Below the pieces are notes generated by a model that saw only the letters and a program-made list of their open reading frames with translations, made no database searches and was not told where the DNA came from. A stretch of DNA of 64,000 nt from Candidatus Hydrogenedentota bacterium (lineage in GTDB: Bacteria; Hydrogenedentota; Hydrogenedentia; Hydrogenedentales; SLHB01): positions 1,728,001 to 1,792,000 of the forward strand of contig CAXXYE010000009.1 of NCBI GenBank assembly GCA_963674865.2, given 5' to 3'. The first letter of the stretch is position 1, and each line of letters opens with the position of its first letter. This document shows positions 61,443-64,000 of the stretch, in pieces. A program made the position numbers and the translations under genes.

Positions 61443-64000
61443 ATGCGAACAACCCTATCGGCCGCGATCAAGGCTATCCAACCATCCGGCGCCACCCTCT
61501 TCATGGCTGCGATACTTGCTGTGGCGCTGCCACTCCCAAACGCCTTTGCCCAAGGGATCGAAAGCATCTCCCCAAACGCCGCCGTGCAAGGCCAAACGGA
61601 CCTCCTGGTTACATTCAACCTCACTCAGGCCACCCCGCCCACCCCGCCTTCCGACGTTCTACCCCTCGGCGCCCACCTTGGCGCCATGACGGGGACCTCG
61701 GTAACGCGCGCGCAATGGACAGTGACCGCACGCTTCAACATACCCGCGGATGAACCCGTCGGCCTCAAGGACGCGATTGTCGAATTCCCCTCCCCGCTCG
61801 AGGAGGGACGCATGCTCGTCCTGACGAAGATGGCGGCCTTCACCGTCTCCGCGGGCGGCGAAGGTGAAGGAGAGGGAGAGGGGGAAGGCGAAGGCGAACT
61901 GCCGGAAGTCTCCTACCCTGTCGTCGACACAGGCCAGAGCCAGTGCTATGACGATTCTTCCGCCATCGCCCGCCCCGGCGCCGCGGACGCTTTCTACGGC
62001 CAGGACGCGCAATACAACGGCCGCCAACCAAGCTACACCGTCAGCGGCGACGGCCTCACCGTGTACGACAACGTTACCGGCCTCACCTGGACCCGCAGTC
62101 CGGATGTCGATGGCGACGGCGACATCGACGTCGACGACAAGTTCACCTATGCAGCGGCCCAAAACTACCCCGCCACGCTCAACGCCGCGAGCTTCGGCGG
62201 CTACAGCGACTGGCGCGTACCGACGATCAAAGAGCTATACTCGCTCATCGACTTCCGCGGCGCCGACCCCCCGGTTGACAGCCTCTCCGGCGTGACGCCC
62301 TTCATCGACACCGATTACTTCGATTTCGGATACGGCGATACGGACGCAGGCGAGCGGATCATCGATTCCCAGTGGCTAACCACCACCCTGTACGTCGGCG
62401 CCGTCTTCAACGGCATGCAGGCCATGTTCGGCGTGAACTTCGCGGATGGGCGCATCAAGGGCTACGGCTTGAACGGCTCGGACGGATCTGAGAAGACCTT
62501 CTACATCCGCCTCTGCCGGGGAAACATCGACTACGGCGCCAACGACTTCGTGGACAACGGAGACGGCACCGTCTCCGACCTCGCCACCGGACTCATGTGG
62601 CAGCGGGCCGACAGCGCCGTCGGCATGAATTGGGAGGATGCCCTGGCCTACGCCGAGGGCCTTACCACCGGGGGCCGCACCGACTGGCGCCTGCCCAATG
62701 CCAAGGAGTTGCAGAGCATTGTCGACTACGGCCGCTCGCCCGGCACCACCGGCTCCGCGGCCATCGATCCCGTCTTTCATGCCACGCAGATCACCAATGA
62801 GGCAGGGCAGGCGGACTATGCCTTCTACTGGACAGGCACAACCCACGTCCGAGCTGATGGCACCGCGAGCGCTGCGGCCTATGTCGCATTCGGACGCGGC
62901 CTGGGATCGATGGACGGCGTGAACGTAATCGATGTCCACGGCGCCGGCTGCCAGCGAAGCGACCCTAAAGACGGCGATCCAGCCGACTACCCGACTTGGG
63001 GCGGAGGTCCCCAGGGCGATGTCCGCCGCGTGTTCAATTACGTCCGCTGTGTGCGCAACGACACCACTATCGGCGGCGAAGGCGAGGGGGAAGGAGAGGG
63101 CGAAGGCGAAGGTGAGGGAGAGGGGGAAGGCGAAGGCGAGGGAGAAGGCGAAGGTGAGGGGGAAGGTGAAGGTGAGGGGGAAGGTGAAGGCGGCGGAACC
63201 GTTGGCGTTCTCCTCAACACCGGCAGCGCCTTTTCCGGCTACACGCTCTTCGCTCCCCTAGCGTCCACTACCACCTACCTCATCGATATGCAGGGGCGCG
63301 TCGTCAACACGTGGCAAAGCGCCTACACCCCCGGCCTCTCCGTCTACCTCTTGGAGGATGGCTCCCTACTGCGCACGGCCAATGCGTCACAGCAGGCCCA
63401 AACCGCTTTCACCTCAGGAGGCGGCGCGGGAGGACGGGTCGAACGCTACGACTGGGATGGACAACTCCTCGACGCCATCGAGTACTATGGCCTGGACTAC
63501 ATGAGCCATCACGACGTCGAACCCCTGCCCAACGGCAACCTGCTGCTCATCGCCTGGGAGCGCAAGACCGAGGACCAGGCCCTAGCCGCCGGGCGCGACC
63601 CCAGCCTCCTCGACGAAGGGGAACTGTGGCCCGACCACATCATCGAAGTTGACGACGACGCGGACCTCGTCTGGGAATGGCACGTCTGGGACCACCTCGT
63701 CCAGGACTATGACTCCGCCAAGCTCAACTACGGCGTCGTGGCCGACTCACCCGGCAAGATCGATCTCAACTATGTCGGAACGCCCCAGGCCGGCGCCGAC
63801 TGGAATCACGTCAACGCCGTCGACTACAACCCCGAGTTCGACCAAATCCTTCTCAGCGCGCACAATTTCGGCGAAATCTGGGTGATCGACCACAACACAA
63901 CCACGCAAGAAGCCGCCGGCCCCGCGGGAGACTTGCTCTACCGCTGGGGCAACCCTGCCGCCTACGCTGCCGGTTCCCCCCAAGAGCGACAGTTGTTCGG
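61443..64000 (+). CDS. Large secreted protein: Ig-like, (GE)n, 2x DUF1566/Lcl, (GE)n, arylsulfate sulfotransferase-like; runs off the window
   Basis: Not in the ORF track. RBS GGAGG, signal peptide ...[58 protein letters not shown] and [10 protein letters not shown]. Confidence 0.85.
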   Translation, partial: MRTTLSAAIKAIQPSGATLFMAAILAVALPLPNAFAQGIESISPNAAVQGQTDLLVTFNLTQATPPTPPSDVLPLGAHLGAMTGTSVTRAQWTVTARFNIPADEPVGLKDAIVEFPSPLEEGRMLVLTKMAAFTVSAGGEGEGEGEGEGEGELPEVSYPVVDTGQSQCYDDSSAIARPGAADAFYGQDAQYNGRQPSYTVSGDGLTVYDNVTGLTWTRSPDVDGDGDIDVDDKFTYAAAQNYPATLNAASFGGYSDWRVPTIKELYSLIDFRGADPPVDSLSGVTPFIDTDYFDFGYGDTDAGERIIDSQWLTTTLYVGAVFNGMQAMFGVNFADGRIKGYGLNGSDGSEKTFYIRLCRGNIDYGANDFVDNGDGTVSDLATGLMWQRADSAVGMNWEDALAYAEGLTTGGRTDWRLPNAKELQSIVDYGRSPGTTGSAAIDPVFHATQITNEAGQADYAFYWTGTTHVRADGTASAAAYVAFGRGLGSMDGVNVIDVHGAGCQRSDPKDGDPADYPTWGGGPQGDVRRVFNYVRCVRNDTTIGGEGEGEGEGEGEGEGEGEGEGEGEGEGEGEGEGEGEGEGGGTVGVLLNTGSAFSGYTLFAPLASTTTYLIDMQGRVVNTWQSAYTPGLSVYLLEDGSLLRTANASQQAQTAFTSGGGAGGRVERYDWDGQLLDAIEYYGLDYMSHHDVEPLPNGNLLLIAWERKTEDQALAAGRDPSLLDEGELWPDHIIEVDDDADLVWEWHVWDHLVQDYDSAKLNYGVVADSPGKIDLNYVGTPQAGADWNHVNAVDYNPEFDQILLSAHNFGEIWVIDHNTTTQEAAGPAGDLLYRWGNPAAYAAGSPQERQLF
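63075..63192 (+). repeat. Poly-(Gly-Glu) coding linker repeat
   Basis: In-frame GGNGAR hexamer run; a shorter run lies at about 61857-61898. Confidence 0.9.

Overview
GC-rich bacterial chromosomal window. The gene repertoire (H-X9-DG/DUF1559 proteins, poly-(Gly-Glu) linkers, DUF4190/Zn-ribbon proteins, ThuA-HEAT and Gfo/Idh/MocA genes) suggests Candidatus Hydrogenedentota or a PVC-like lineage; this is inference only. The window holds carbohydrate-metabolism genes, a housekeeping block (recO-lepA-lepB-lepB-hemW, tRNA-Leu-CAG), a sigma54-driven Hsp20 triplet, a beta-barrel porin with a long structured leader and a YbhGFSR-type ABC exporter with a frameshift. Mobile DNA is abundant: a REP-associated HUH transposase with dispersed and tandem REPs, a 151-bp MITE inserted in a REP hairpin, and an IS1202-type IS with a 17-bp target duplication. 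There is also a TIR plus interrupted Abi-alpha pair. Two candidates stand out. (1) Two copies of an unannotated 49-aa Cys-rich peptide gene, enriched for synonymous differences, bracket a 9.3-kb cassette encoding a membrane Ser/Thr kinase-WD40, an FHA-GAF-sigma54 activator and an SBBP/Ig surface protein. This is a possible peptide-signalling or RiPP-like module. (2) A cobalamin-riboswitch operon has no btuB/btuFCD and instead encodes two C-terminally anchored surface proteins (one BtuH-like) and a prepilin-type DUF1559 protein. Family assignments come from motif recognition by eye; no database searches were run.
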